This document shows, in pieces, positions 17,922 through 27,918 of a stretch of 64,000 nt of DNA; positions within the stretch are counted from its first letter, which is position 1; the number at the start of each line of letters is the position of its first letter. The stretch is from a virus, in IMG/VR virus record IMGVR_UViG_3300032229_000533, positions 64,001-128,000 of that record; one strand, written 5' to 3'. Made by a program: the position numbers and the translations under genes. The notes beneath the pieces are model-generated. The model was not told the origin of the DNA. It did not search any database and saw only the letters and a list, made by a program, of their open reading frames with translations.

Positions 17922-19820
17922 TTACTCAATTAATAGATAATACAAATCATTCGCAGGTATTGTTATTCTACAATTAGGACAATCTGGATTTAATAAATTG
18001 TATTTATTTTTTAATATTTTAAAATTGTGTTTTATTTGTGCTGGATTTAATGGTTCAGTATACATTCTAAATGCACTGATATCTCCAATCATACTACCAC
18101 CAAACAATTCTTCTAATCTAATTTGAGTGGTTAATCCTGAATAAATTGTATTGTCTAAATCATGAGTTGTTAAACACTCTGGGTCTTGTTGATATTGAAG
18201 TCCGCTTAAATCAACTGGACATCCACCTGAAAAAGTTAAGTTGTCGTGAAGACCTTGGGTACCACCACCAATTGAAATGTTATATCCAACACCAATTTGT
18301 TTTTCTTTTTCAACATTTAGTAATCTTGGAATAATTTCTTCAAAGTTTTCCGCAACCATGAATAACTTACCATTAACATAGAACTTAAGAGTACCTAATC
18401 TATACTTTTGTTCTTCAGTCCACATGTCATTAAATGTAACAACTTCAGTCGACGCTGGGTCATAAGGTTGTTCGTGTGTAATTGGTGGCTCAATTAATGA
18501 AACACTCCTACCTTCAATTGTTGCAAAATACACATCTTTAACTAACAACCCTAATCCACCCTTATCATAAAGGTCACAAGTGTCTAACCACTCATATCTT
18601 TGGAATACCGCATCAATTTGAGCCCAATGTTCAACATTTTGATATGTCGTACCAGAACAATCATCAAATATTCCTCTTGTTGAACACCATTCGGTTACCG
18701 ATGTTCCTGTAACATAAGTTATTCCTGTCAAACAAGTTCCAGTACTTTCACACCCTCCTGTTATTCTGTATGTTTTAACACACAATCTTGGGCTACCAGT
18801 ATCCCCACTTAATCTTAATGACAACGCGTTTGAAACCTCATCATACAATGGGTCTTTTTCTGGATATTGGGCTTTGGTTGTACAATCACACGCGCATCCA
18901 CAATTACATGTTGTTATTGTTCCTCCTGATGGTTGATAAACTTGAAGGCATTGTGATGATGTATTTGCACTACTTGCACATCCACAAGTGTGCATACAAG
19001 TTAAACCTGAAGTAACTCTTGTATATCCTGTGTCTTGTTTTGGGCTACCATCGGCATAGTGATAAAATTTATTTTCGGCTCTTGCCCCCATGTAAAAGAA
19101 TGTCCCTTTATTTTCAGGGTATCTAACATTTAAACCAACTGAAGTATTACCAGTCCATCTATATTTTAACATGAACTCTGCAGTCCAACCTAAACTAACT
19201 CTTTCAGGAAAAACTTGATAATCATATCCAGCAAGTTTGTAGAATCCTTGATAGAATCCACCATTTAAAGTTGCAACATATCCAATATCTCCACCAGCGT
19301 TTGTATACGATAAATTATAATCGTATGAACCATCATTCCACAATCTATTTTGTGTTGTTGTAAAACCAGTGATAGGATGAAGTTTCATTCTCCTATCATA
19401 CTTATATCTGCTAAATTTATCAGAAATATTTGTGTATAACCCTGTTGTTACTTGAATAGTCTCTCCTGACATGTTCTGTACCAACCCGTTATCAATACCT
19501 GTCAGTCCAACATCACATAAGTTAGTAACTATGGGACAAAAATTTGGGTCAGTATCAGTTGGGTTCCAATAATTTTCAGAAACAATGGTATCACTACTAA
19601 AAACACAAGGTGAAACCTGACATAATGTGGTACCACTACTATTAAAATCAAATCTGAATGGCATTCTATTACCATCATCCTCACCAATCAATAACGGTGA
19701 AAAGATAACTTCTTGGTCATAATCTTTTTCGTCAGAAGCAAGACATAAGTCGGTCACTTCATTAACAGGTTTTAGACCAAATCTTCTAAAATTATATTGA
19801 TTAATATTTTGATATGCCAT
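17922..19820 (-). CDS. Cys-rich putative structural protein with LamG-like elements
   Basis: GTLKFYVNGK and GDISAFRMYTEPL segments are ConA/LamG-like; many Cys clusters; TATTTATC upstream. Confidence 0.5.
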   Translation of the reverse strand: MAYQNINQYNFRRFGLKPVNEVTDLCLASDEKDYDQEVIFSPLLIGEDDGNRMPFRFDFNSSGTTLCQVSPCVFSSDTIVSENYWNPTDTDPNFCPIVTNLCDVGLTGIDNGLVQNMSGETIQVTTGLYTNISDKFSRYKYDRRMKLHPITGFTTTQNRLWNDGSYDYNLSYTNAGGDIGYVATLNGGFYQGFYKLAGYDYQVFPERVSLGWTAEFMLKYRWTGNTSVGLNVRYPENKGTFFYMGARAENKFYHYADGSPKQDTGYTRVTSGLTCMHTCGCASSANTSSQCLQVYQPSGGTITTCNCGCACDCTTKAQYPEKDPLYDEVSNALSLRLSGDTGSPRLCVKTYRITGGCESTGTCLTGITYVTGTSVTEWCSTRGIFDDCSGTTYQNVEHWAQIDAVFQRYEWLDTCDLYDKGGLGLLVKDVYFATIEGRSVSLIEPPITHEQPYDPASTEVVTFNDMWTEEQKYRLGTLKFYVNGKLFMVAENFEEIIPRLLNVEKEKQIGVGYNISIGGGTQGLHDNLTFSGGCPVDLSGLQYQQDPECLTTHDLDNTIYSGLTTQIRLEELFGGSMIGDISAFRMYTEPLNPAQIKHNFKILKNKYNLLNPDCPNCRITIPANDLYYLLIE

Positions 19821-19828
19821 ATTACAAT

Positions 19829-19857
19829 GATAAATACCTTGTGAGCTAGTATTTATA
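19829..19857. promoter_or_regulatory. back-to-back divergent TATTTAT motifs
   Basis: TATTTATC on the minus strand (19836-19829, 8 nt before ATG 19820) and TATTTATA on the plus strand (19850-19857, 16 nt before ATG 19874). Confidence 0.7.
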
Positions 19858-19873
19858 AGATAAAAAAGAAGAG

Positions 19874-20704
19874 ATGATTACAACAGATACAGAATTTTAT
19901 TCATCACCATACTACTTTCTACTAAGAGATAAAGGTAATAAATACTCTTTATACTACTCTGTGGAGGAAAATTTAACAGAAGCTCGTAAAAAAGACGAGG
20001 TAATTCATTTTGAAAAAAGTAAAGGTGATAAGGTTAAAAACCATCTTAAGAAAGTTGCCAAAGAGAAAAAAATTAAAACAACTAAAGGTCTTAAGAAAGA
20101 TTTAGAAGAATTAGTAAATTTAGACGGGGCGTTATCCAACTCTAAAGTTCCAATTCTTGACCCAAGACTTCACCCAATGAAAACAATGGACCAAACCGTT
20201 GCCGCGGCAAGAATAACAAATGACCCTATTTCTCGTGGTTATAGAACATATTACGGTGAATCGGTTGAAGAAGTTAGTGAAATTGATATGTCGGGAGCTT
20301 TTGGTTATGAAGAGACAGAAGATATGGACGGAGCAGAAACTTACAAATATTTAGTTAAAAAGATGGGTATGAACCCTGACGAAGCAAAAGAAAGAACAAA
20401 ACAAAAAGGTCAAGACCCAACAGGTAATAAAGATAAAAAATCAAAATATTATAAAGACAAAAATTTTGTAACAAGAGCAACCTTATCGGAAATTCAAAAA
20501 CAAAAGATGATTAAAGTTGTAGAGGATATATTGATGAATAAAAAAAATTCAGATAATTCTGAAGTTGGTAAAAAAGAAATGGGTAAAAGCATTGATGAAT
20601 TACCATTATTAATTAGAAAGAATTTAAAATCTCTTTTAAATCATGTTGAAAAAAACGGTTATTCAAAAGAAGATTTAATTAAATTAATAAAAAAAGGTGA
20701 ATAA
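19874..20704 (+). CDS. hypothetical protein (possible head-internal protein)
   Basis: 276 aa, Lys-rich, LTE/LSE sites; late-type motif upstream. Confidence 0.6.
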   Translation: MITTDTEFYSSPYYFLLRDKGNKYSLYYSVEENLTEARKKDEVIHFEKSKGDKVKNHLKKVAKEKKIKTTKGLKKDLEELVNLDGALSNSKVPILDPRLHPMKTMDQTVAAARITNDPISRGYRTYYGESVEEVSEIDMSGAFGYEETEDMDGAETYKYLVKKMGMNPDEAKERTKQKGQDPTGNKDKKSKYYKDKNFVTRATLSEIQKQKMIKVVEDILMNKKNSDNSEVGKKEMGKSIDELPLLIRKNLKSLLNHVEKNGYSKEDLIKLIKKGE

Positions 20705-21164
20705 AAGTTTATACGATAACGAAATAGAATTCCCGTCCGACAAAAGGGAACATATGAAAAAATGTTTTCATATGGTAAAGAATGCGGATGAAAATACTGA
20801 AGGTTATAATAGAAACAAAGAACTTCAATCTCAAAAATTCATTACTTATAAACAATTAAAAAGAATTAAAAACTTTTTTGATACGTTTAAAGGTAACCAC
20901 AAAGAACCTTCATTTATTTTAAATGGTGGTGTTGAAATCAAAAATTGGGTTAATGATGAATTAAGAAAAATGAGAGAGTATGTGAAAAACACCAAAACAA
21001 ATAAAATGAATGCGGGTATGATGAACCAATTTATTGACCCTCACGAAAAAAAAGATTTTACAAATGTAAGACCATCTCAAGAACATTCAAAAACGGTGGA
21101 CAAATATAATCCATCGGTTAATGAAAGTATTAAGAGAATAAATGAACTAATAACAAAAATATAA
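20697..21164 (+). CDS. hypothetical protein
   Basis: 155 aa ORF overlapping the previous stop. Confidence 0.6.
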   Translation: MNKSLYDNEIEFPSDKREHMKKCFHMVKNADENTEGYNRNKELQSQKFITYKQLKRIKNFFDTFKGNHKEPSFILNGGVEIKNWVNDELRKMREYVKNTKTNKMNAGMMNQFIDPHEKKDFTNVRPSQEHSKTVDKYNPSVNESIKRINELITKI

Positions 21165-21168
21165 AACT

Positions 21169-21462
21169 ATGCCTAGTCAAATTAACGTAGATTTATCTCA
21201 AAACGTACCAAACGCACTTACTGCAGTCGCAGACCAAGAAAGAACTAAATTAATCCCAAAGAATGATTATAATAAAGTCGGCAACGAATATTCTGTAGTT
21301 AATAAAGATGCAGTTGCTGATGGAGACTCTTTAGGTAGAGGAACTGGTTCATTCTTAGATGTGTATAACACGACCGCAGGAACAATTGAAGACGTTGTTG
21401 AAAGAAAAAACGAAATAAAAATTAATAAATTTAACTCGTCAAAAGTATACCCTAATTTCTAA
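21169..21462 (+). CDS. hypothetical protein
   Basis: 97 aa ORF in a tightly packed operon. Confidence 0.6.
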   Translation: MPSQINVDLSQNVPNALTAVADQERTKLIPKNDYNKVGNEYSVVNKDAVADGDSLGRGTGSFLDVYNTTAGTIEDVVERKNEIKINKFNSSKVYPNF

Positions 21463-21902
21463 TGAAACTTCAAGGAGCATTAAAAGGTCTAATTTGTGAA
21501 ATCGCTTCTTTAGATAGTATTATTGATGCTATTAAAGGTAGAAAGATTGTCGTTATCTATTACGATGGTGATGAACCAGGTGGTAGAGGTTTAAGACAAA
21601 TTGAACCTGTGTGCCTAGGAGTTAGTAAAGCGGGTAATAAAGTTTTAAGAGCGTGGGACAGTGAAGGAGCGTCACATACAGGATATAAAGGAGAACAACC
21701 ATTACCTGGATGGAGACTTTTTAGATTAGATAAAATACTATCAAACAAACCTACAGGTGAGGTTTACAATGAACCTAAACCAGGTTATAATTTTAACGGT
21801 GATAAAAGTATGGTCAGCGTTATAATAAATGCTAAATTTGATAATAATCCTCAAACACCACCAACTCAAACACCACCAACTCAACCTCAAACACCTGAAT
21901 AA
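21462..21902 (+). CDS. WYL-domain protein
   Basis: IVVIYY...RQIEPVCLG...LRAWD...WRLFRLDKI matches the WYL SH3-like pattern; no HTH; TP-rich tail. Confidence 0.75.
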   Translation: MKLQGALKGLICEIASLDSIIDAIKGRKIVVIYYDGDEPGGRGLRQIEPVCLGVSKAGNKVLRAWDSEGASHTGYKGEQPLPGWRLFRLDKILSNKPTGEVYNEPKPGYNFNGDKSMVSVIINAKFDNNPQTPPTQTPPTQPQTPE

Positions 21903-21918
21903 GAAAATATAACATAAT

Positions 21919-22545
21919 ATGGATAGATTAATGGAAAAATTAGCTTTGTCTAAAGCAATTATGGATAAGGCGGATGGAATTAAAAGTTCAAATTCTATGA
22001 ACGGAGGATTACCACCCACATCATTACAACAATTAAATTCACCTGAAACATTTGATATACCAAATGTAAAATATAATATTCCTGCAGAATTTTTACAGGA
22101 ATCAGAACAAACGCAACAACCTTACCTTTCAAATGTACCAAGAGAAAATACCAAGCCAGTTGGGGTTCCAACAGTAGACGCAATTAAAAATTCTAAATTA
22201 CCTGATGAAATTAAAAGGTTAATGATGGAACACCCTATTGGACAACCTCAACAACAAAGTACTACAATATCTAATGATGTGATTGAAAGAGCATCAAGAT
22301 TAATGAACGCAAACAAAGAAGGATATATCCCTGAATCGGCAAAACCAAAACAACAACCACAATCCTCTGTGTCAGGAATTGACTATAAATTAATTAAAAA
22401 AATGATTAATGAGGCGGTTAATGATGCATTACATGAAAATGGTTTAATAACCGAAAGTTCCGAAAAATCAAACGAAGTTTTTAGTTTTAAAGTTGGTAAA
22501 CATATCTTTGAGGGTAAAGTTACCAAAATTAAAAAATTGTCCTAA
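21919..22545 (+). CDS. hypothetical protein
   Basis: 208 aa; Q/P-rich middle; INE/ITE sites. Confidence 0.6.
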   Translation: MDRLMEKLALSKAIMDKADGIKSSNSMNGGLPPTSLQQLNSPETFDIPNVKYNIPAEFLQESEQTQQPYLSNVPRENTKPVGVPTVDAIKNSKLPDEIKRLMMEHPIGQPQQQSTTISNDVIERASRLMNANKEGYIPESAKPKQQPQSSVSGIDYKLIKKMINEAVNDALHENGLITESSEKSNEVFSFKVGKHIFEGKVTKIKKLS

Positions 22546-22601
22546 CCGCTTTATTTATCACTTATAAATTACTATATTTTTAAAAAATATATTAATTTAT
22601 T

Positions 22602-23810
22602 ATGTCTAAAATCAAAGTATTAGTAGTCCCATCTGATAGAACTGGTGTGGGTAAATTTAGGTCTGTTGACCCTCACGTCTTTTTACAAAATCTTTACGGT
22701 GACGATTTCCACGTAGATATCGTATATGAACCATCATATGATGATATGAATTTTTGGAAAGAATATCAAATAGTTGCATTCCATAGAAGTATTGGTTCTG
22801 ATTTTGATAGAGCCAACAGATTAATTCAAATGTTAAACTCATTAGGGATTATAACTGTTTGCGATATTGATGATTATTGGATGCCAGGCAAAGAACATCC
22901 AATTCATGATATTATTAGAGTTAATAAGATTAACGAAAAAATCATGGCAAACCTTAAGGTTTCAAAATATGTTACAACAACCACAACAATTTTTGCAGAT
23001 GAAATTAAAAAATTAAACAAAAATGTTGTTGTATTCCCTAACGCTATCAATCCTAATGAACCACAATTTAAAGAACCTACACTTGAATCAAACCGATTAA
23101 GGGTTGGTTGGTTAGGTGGTTCTTCTCACTTACATGACCTACAACTATTAGATTTTGGTAGATTAGGTCAATATAACGACAAATTACAATTTGTTTTATG
23201 TGGATTTGATACAAGAGGTACGGTTACTGAAATAAATCAACAAACAGGTGAACAAAAGAAAAGAAACATTTTACCCCATGAAACTGTTTGGGCTCAATAT
23301 GAAAAAATATTCACAAAAAACTTAACAACGGTTTCCGAAGATTATAAAAAATTCTTATTAAATTACACTCAAGAGTCATATCCAAATGAAATGAATGAAC
23401 CTTATTTAAGAGTGTGGACAAAACCTGTTACATCTTATGCTAAGAATTATTCAAAATTTGATGTATCTTTGGCTCCAATTAAAAACCATCTGTTTAATAG
23501 AGTTAAATCACAATTAAAAGTTATTGAGGCTGGTTTCTATAAAAAAGCTGTTATTGCGTCTAACGTTGGACCATACACTATTGATTTAAAACATTGTTTA
23601 AATCATGGTGAATTTGTTGATGGAAATGCAATGTTGGTTGAAGAAAAAAGAAACCATTCTGATTGGTCTAAGTACATTGAAAAATTAATTAAAAACCCAA
23701 ATATGGCAAAAGATATGGGGGAAAGACTATATGAAACAGTTAAAGACAAATATGATTTAAATAACGTAACAAAAGACAGAGCAGAATTTTATAAATCAAT
23801 AATCAAATGA
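22602..23810 (+). CDS. GT-B (GT4-like) glycosyltransferase
   Basis: DIDDYW, VGWLGGSSH, FDVSLAPI...KSQLKVIEAG...VIASNVGPY. Confidence 0.85.
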   Translation: MSKIKVLVVPSDRTGVGKFRSVDPHVFLQNLYGDDFHVDIVYEPSYDDMNFWKEYQIVAFHRSIGSDFDRANRLIQMLNSLGIITVCDIDDYWMPGKEHPIHDIIRVNKINEKIMANLKVSKYVTTTTTIFADEIKKLNKNVVVFPNAINPNEPQFKEPTLESNRLRVGWLGGSSHLHDLQLLDFGRLGQYNDKLQFVLCGFDTRGTVTEINQQTGEQKKRNILPHETVWAQYEKIFTKNLTTVSEDYKKFLLNYTQESYPNEMNEPYLRVWTKPVTSYAKNYSKFDVSLAPIKNHLFNRVKSQLKVIEAGFYKKAVIASNVGPYTIDLKHCLNHGEFVDGNAMLVEEKRNHSDWSKYIEKLIKNPNMAKDMGERLYETVKDKYDLNNVTKDRAEFYKSIIK

Positions 23811-24508
23811 TAAACATACCAATTACCAAATTATTATTTTTAGACATTGAAACCGTAGGTATTCAACCTGATTGGAAATCTCTTGAAGAAAACCGACCTG
23901 AGTTGGCATTCCAATTTCAAAACTATCACGATTGGTTCCAAAAAAGATTCCCTGAAGACGCGGACAAACCTGTTGGTGATATGTTTGTTAATAGAGCAGC
24001 GTTAGTTCCTGAATTTGCAAGAATTGCATGTGTTAGTGTTGCGTTTGTAACCGATAAAGGTGATGTTAAAATGCAATCATTTAGTGACCCTGATGAAAAG
24101 AAACTATTACAGGATGTTCAAAAACTTTTATATAGAGTTGGTGAACTTGGGTTCCATTTATGTGGTCACAATGTGAAAGGATTTGATATTCCAATGATGG
24201 CTAAAAGAATGATTATGAATGGTATTATGCCACCTAAGATTTTACCAGGTCACGACACAAAACCATGGGAAATTAAAGCTTTAGATACTAAAGAGGTATG
24301 GCAATATGGTGGATATGGTTCAATTGCGTCATTAGAACTTATGTGTGTTTGCTTAGGTGTTGAGTCATCTAAAACAATGGAAGTCACAGGTAATAAAGTT
24401 CATGAAGCATTTTGGGATAAAAAAGATATTGAAGGTATTGTAAAATATTGTGAAAAAGATGTGTCAGTATTAATTGATGTAATAAAAAAATTAAACGAAT
24501 TAAAATAA
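23807..24508 (+). CDS. DnaQ-like 3'-5' exonuclease (PolB-exo-related)
   Basis: FLDIET (ExoI), GHNVKGFDIP (ExoII), YCEKDV (ExoIII). Confidence 0.9.
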   Translation: MINIPITKLLFLDIETVGIQPDWKSLEENRPELAFQFQNYHDWFQKRFPEDADKPVGDMFVNRAALVPEFARIACVSVAFVTDKGDVKMQSFSDPDEKKLLQDVQKLLYRVGELGFHLCGHNVKGFDIPMMAKRMIMNGIMPPKILPGHDTKPWEIKALDTKEVWQYGGYGSIASLELMCVCLGVESSKTMEVTGNKVHEAFWDKKDIEGIVKYCEKDVSVLIDVIKKLNELK

Positions 24509-25131
24509 TGATAGACTTAGGAAATCTTGGTCATTTTGACCCAAAAGTTAGAGAAGAGATTGAGAAACAATTTAAAAAAATTCAATCTGAAATGGGTATT
24601 GAGCCCGATGATGAATATCAAAAAGAATTAGAAGACATGTTAGGTATTTCATTTGAAGAAATGGAAGCCGAAATTAACAATGTTGCCAAATTAAGAACAC
24701 TTAAAGTTGAGTTAACTCATGAAAACGCGGTTCTTCCAAAATACGCATACCCTTCTGATTCAGGATTTGATTTACACGCAACTGAAGAAGTTATTATTGG
24801 TCCATTTGGTAGAGCGTTAGTCCCAACAGGATTAAAGGTTTCTTTTGAAGAAGGATATGAAATACAAGTTAGACCTAAAAGTGGGTTGGCTATTAAACAA
24901 GGACTAACTGTTCTTAACACACCAGGAACTGTAGACCAAGGATATACAGGTGAAATACAAGTAATTGTTTTTAACACTAATAACACGACCGTAACTATTC
25001 CAAAAGGAATGAAAGTTGGTCAGGCAGTTTTATGCCCCGTAGTACAAGGTAAATTTGTTATGATTGAAACCGTTAAAAAGGTTGAAGATAAAGATAGAGG
25101 AAATAATGGTTTTGGAAGTACAGGAATATAA
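24508..25131 (+). CDS. dut: dUTPase (trimeric) with N-terminal extension
   Basis: SGFDL, RPKSGLA, GTVDQGYTGEI, GQAV, RGNNGFGSTG motifs. Confidence 0.95.
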   Translation: MIDLGNLGHFDPKVREEIEKQFKKIQSEMGIEPDDEYQKELEDMLGISFEEMEAEINNVAKLRTLKVELTHENAVLPKYAYPSDSGFDLHATEEVIIGPFGRALVPTGLKVSFEEGYEIQVRPKSGLAIKQGLTVLNTPGTVDQGYTGEIQVIVFNTNNTTVTIPKGMKVGQAVLCPVVQGKFVMIETVKKVEDKDRGNNGFGSTGI

Positions 25132-25517
25132 TGGAAAATAGTATTAGTCCCTCATTACCTGATGGTGTCAAAAATTATTTAATTGACATTGACGGAACAA
25201 TTACTGATGACATTCCAAATGAAGAGCCATGGAGAATGGAAACATCATTACCATATGATGGTTCTGTTGAAATGATTAACTCTTGGTTTGATGATGGTCA
25301 TATCATTACTTTCTTTACATCAAGAACATATGAACACGAAATAGTTACTAAACAATGGTTAGATAAACATGGTTTTAAATACCATAACATCTTATTTAAC
25401 AAACCTCGTGGTGGTAATTACCATTGGATTGATAATCACATTGTAAGAGCAACACGTTACGATGGAAGATGGAGTGAATTAATTAAAAAAGAACATAAAA
25501 TAGAAGTTTTTAAATGA
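25131..25517 (+). CDS. small HAD-family phosphatase
   Basis: LIDIDGT motif I, FFTSR motif II, KP...WIDN. Confidence 0.85.
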   Translation: MENSISPSLPDGVKNYLIDIDGTITDDIPNEEPWRMETSLPYDGSVEMINSWFDDGHIITFFTSRTYEHEIVTKQWLDKHGFKYHNILFNKPRGGNYHWIDNHIVRATRYDGRWSELIKKEHKIEVFK

Positions 25518-27139
25518 TAACAATAGGATACTCTACAAGAGAACATAACCCAAAATTTATTGAATACTTGAAAAAAAGTTCAGGGAACAAAAAAATTGAG
25601 GTGATTGAAAAAATTAATAATGGGGATAAATCCCTTTCTCAAGTTTATAACGAGATACTTGACGAAGCAAAAACTGACATAGTTGTATTGTGTCATGACG
25701 ACATTTACTTTGACACTAATAGTTGGTACTACAAATTGAAGACTCACTTTGAAAGTAGTGAGTATGGTATTTTAGGTGTTGCAGGAACAACTGAAATGCC
25801 CGCTTCAGGTCAATGGTGGGAAACACGAAGAAAAATGATTGGTATTGTAAACCATGAAAGTGGTGGAAAAAAATGGACTTCAAAGTACTCTGAAGATTTG
25901 GGTAAATCAATCAGAGAAACAGTAATTGTTGACGGTCTTTTCATTGCATTAAGTAAATCAAGAATTAAACATAATTTTGATGAAGAGTTTAAAGGGTTCC
26001 ATTTCTATGACATTGGGTTTTGTTTTAAAAATCAAATAGAAGGTGTTAAGGTTGGAGTGATTTCAAACATTAGAATTACACATAAATCTATCGGACAAAC
26101 TAATCAACAATGGGAGGAAAATAAAAATTTATTTGCTCAAAAATATAGTGACATTTTACCCGTTAAAATTCCATTTGACCCAAATAAAAAACTAAAAGTT
26201 TTATTGTCTTGTATTTCATTTAGAAACTTTACGGGTTCAGAATTGTATGTTTTTGAATTAGCAAAAAGTTTAATCAAATTAAACTGTAGTGTTACCGTAT
26301 TATCACAAATTGGTGGTCCAGTAACCGATATGGCAAAGAAACTTGGTATTAAATGTGTTTCATTTGAAAATGCACCAGGATTTAAACTTGGGGATGGTCA
26401 GTGGGGTATTAACACACCTGAAGGATTTAAACCATCAACCCCAAATGCATTATATAGGGTTTCAGATGTAGATTATGACATCATTCATTTCCAACACAAA
26501 CCTGTTGCCGAAAGAATACTTAATATGTATCCTGAATTACCTAAGATAAGTGCGATTCACTCAGAAGTCATTTCACTAGAAGACCCTGTTGTTGACCCAA
26601 CAATTAAAAAGTACATTGCAATTCGTCCTGAAATTAAGGAACATATGGTTAACAATTTTGACATACCTGAAGAAATGATTGAGGTTATTTACAATCCTGT
26701 TGATAATGAAAAGTTCCAATCTAAAAAAGTATCTGAAGAAAATTATGTTTTGTTTGTTGGTACCATAGATTATTTAAGAAAAGAGACAATCTTAGATTTA
26801 ATTGAATATACAAGAGAACTTGGAAAAGAACTTTGGTTAGTTGGTGAAAACAATGGAAATTATTTAGAAAATGTTCTGTTAGAAGACCACGTTAAACATT
26901 TCCCTTCGACTTGGAAAATTGAAGACTTCATTTTAAAGTCGTACGAAACTGCAGGAATCCAATTAGGTAGAACAACCATTGAAAGTTGGATGTGTGGAAA
27001 ATCAAGTTGGATTTATAAAGTGGATAAGGGCGGATTTATTTTATCAAAAGAAAAATTTGACCCACCATCAGATATTGAAAAATATCACACTTTAAAAGTC
27101 GCCCAACAAATAAAAGATGAATACTTAAAACTATTATAA
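25514..27139 (+). CDS. bifunctional glycosyltransferase (GT2-like + GT4-like)
   Basis: N-terminal VVLCHDD, VDGLFI and FHFYD; C-terminal FTGSELYV...GRTTIESW. Confidence 0.8.
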   Translation: MITIGYSTREHNPKFIEYLKKSSGNKKIEVIEKINNGDKSLSQVYNEILDEAKTDIVVLCHDDIYFDTNSWYYKLKTHFESSEYGILGVAGTTEMPASGQWWETRRKMIGIVNHESGGKKWTSKYSEDLGKSIRETVIVDGLFIALSKSRIKHNFDEEFKGFHFYDIGFCFKNQIEGVKVGVISNIRITHKSIGQTNQQWEENKNLFAQKYSDILPVKIPFDPNKKLKVLLSCISFRNFTGSELYVFELAKSLIKLNCSVTVLSQIGGPVTDMAKKLGIKCVSFENAPGFKLGDGQWGINTPEGFKPSTPNALYRVSDVDYDIIHFQHKPVAERILNMYPELPKISAIHSEVISLEDPVVDPTIKKYIAIRPEIKEHMVNNFDIPEEMIEVIYNPVDNEKFQSKKVSEENYVLFVGTIDYLRKETILDLIEYTRELGKELWLVGENNGNYLENVLLEDHVKHFPSTWKIEDFILKSYETAGIQLGRTTIESWMCGKSSWIYKVDKGGFILSKEKFDPPSDIEKYHTLKVAQQIKDEYLKLL

Positions 27140-27918
27140 TGAATAGAATAATTGACTATAAAAATTTATCCGAAGAAATACAAAATTGGATAATAAATTA
27201 TGTTAATGAATATAATATTAAAACGTTAGTCATTGGCGTTTCAGGCGGCATTGACTCTGCGGTTGTATCTACACTATGTGCTAAAACAGGTATACCGACA
27301 ATTGCGGTTGGGATGCCGTTAAATTCAAAACCTGAAAATACAAGGTTATCAAACTTACAATTAGATTTTTTATCTAAGTTAAATGTAAAAACTTTTGAGT
27401 ATGATTTAACTAAAACTTTTAATTCGTTTGAGACTTTAATGTCGGAATTTTTTAACTCTGATTTATCAAGCGCTAATAGTAAATCAAGAATGAGGATGAT
27501 GACTTTGTATCACATTGCAACAACGGTAAAAGGTATTGTTGTTGGTACAGGAAATAAAGTTGAAGACTTTGGCGTTGGGTTTTATACAAAATATGGTGAT
27601 GGAGGTGTTGATATATCTCCAATTGCCGACCTATATAAAACAGAAGTCAGAGAACTTGGTCGTTACTTAGGGGTACCACAAGAAATTATTAATGCGACCC
27701 CAACCGATGGTTTATGGGATGATGACAGAAACGATGAAGAACAAATCGGTGCGACATATGAAGAATTAGAATGGGTTATGGAATATGGAATTAATAAACA
27801 AGCGTACACAGAAAAAGAATTTAGAGTTTTAGAAATTTATCAAAACTTTAATGAAAAGAATAAACACAAGATGGTACCAATACCAATTTTTGATTTAAAA
27901 GAAAACGAAATTATATGA
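27139..27918 (+). CDS. nadE: NH3-dependent NAD+ synthetase
   Basis: GVSGGIDSAV, NSKSRMRM, GTGNKVE, GFYTKYGDGG, PIADLYKTEV, PTDGLW, DEEQIG. Confidence 0.95.
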   Translation: MNRIIDYKNLSEEIQNWIINYVNEYNIKTLVIGVSGGIDSAVVSTLCAKTGIPTIAVGMPLNSKPENTRLSNLQLDFLSKLNVKTFEYDLTKTFNSFETLMSEFFNSDLSSANSKSRMRMMTLYHIATTVKGIVVGTGNKVEDFGVGFYTKYGDGGVDISPIADLYKTEVRELGRYLGVPQEIINATPTDGLWDDDRNDEEQIGATYEELEWVMEYGINKQAYTEKEFRVLEIYQNFNEKNKHKMVPIPIFDLKENEII

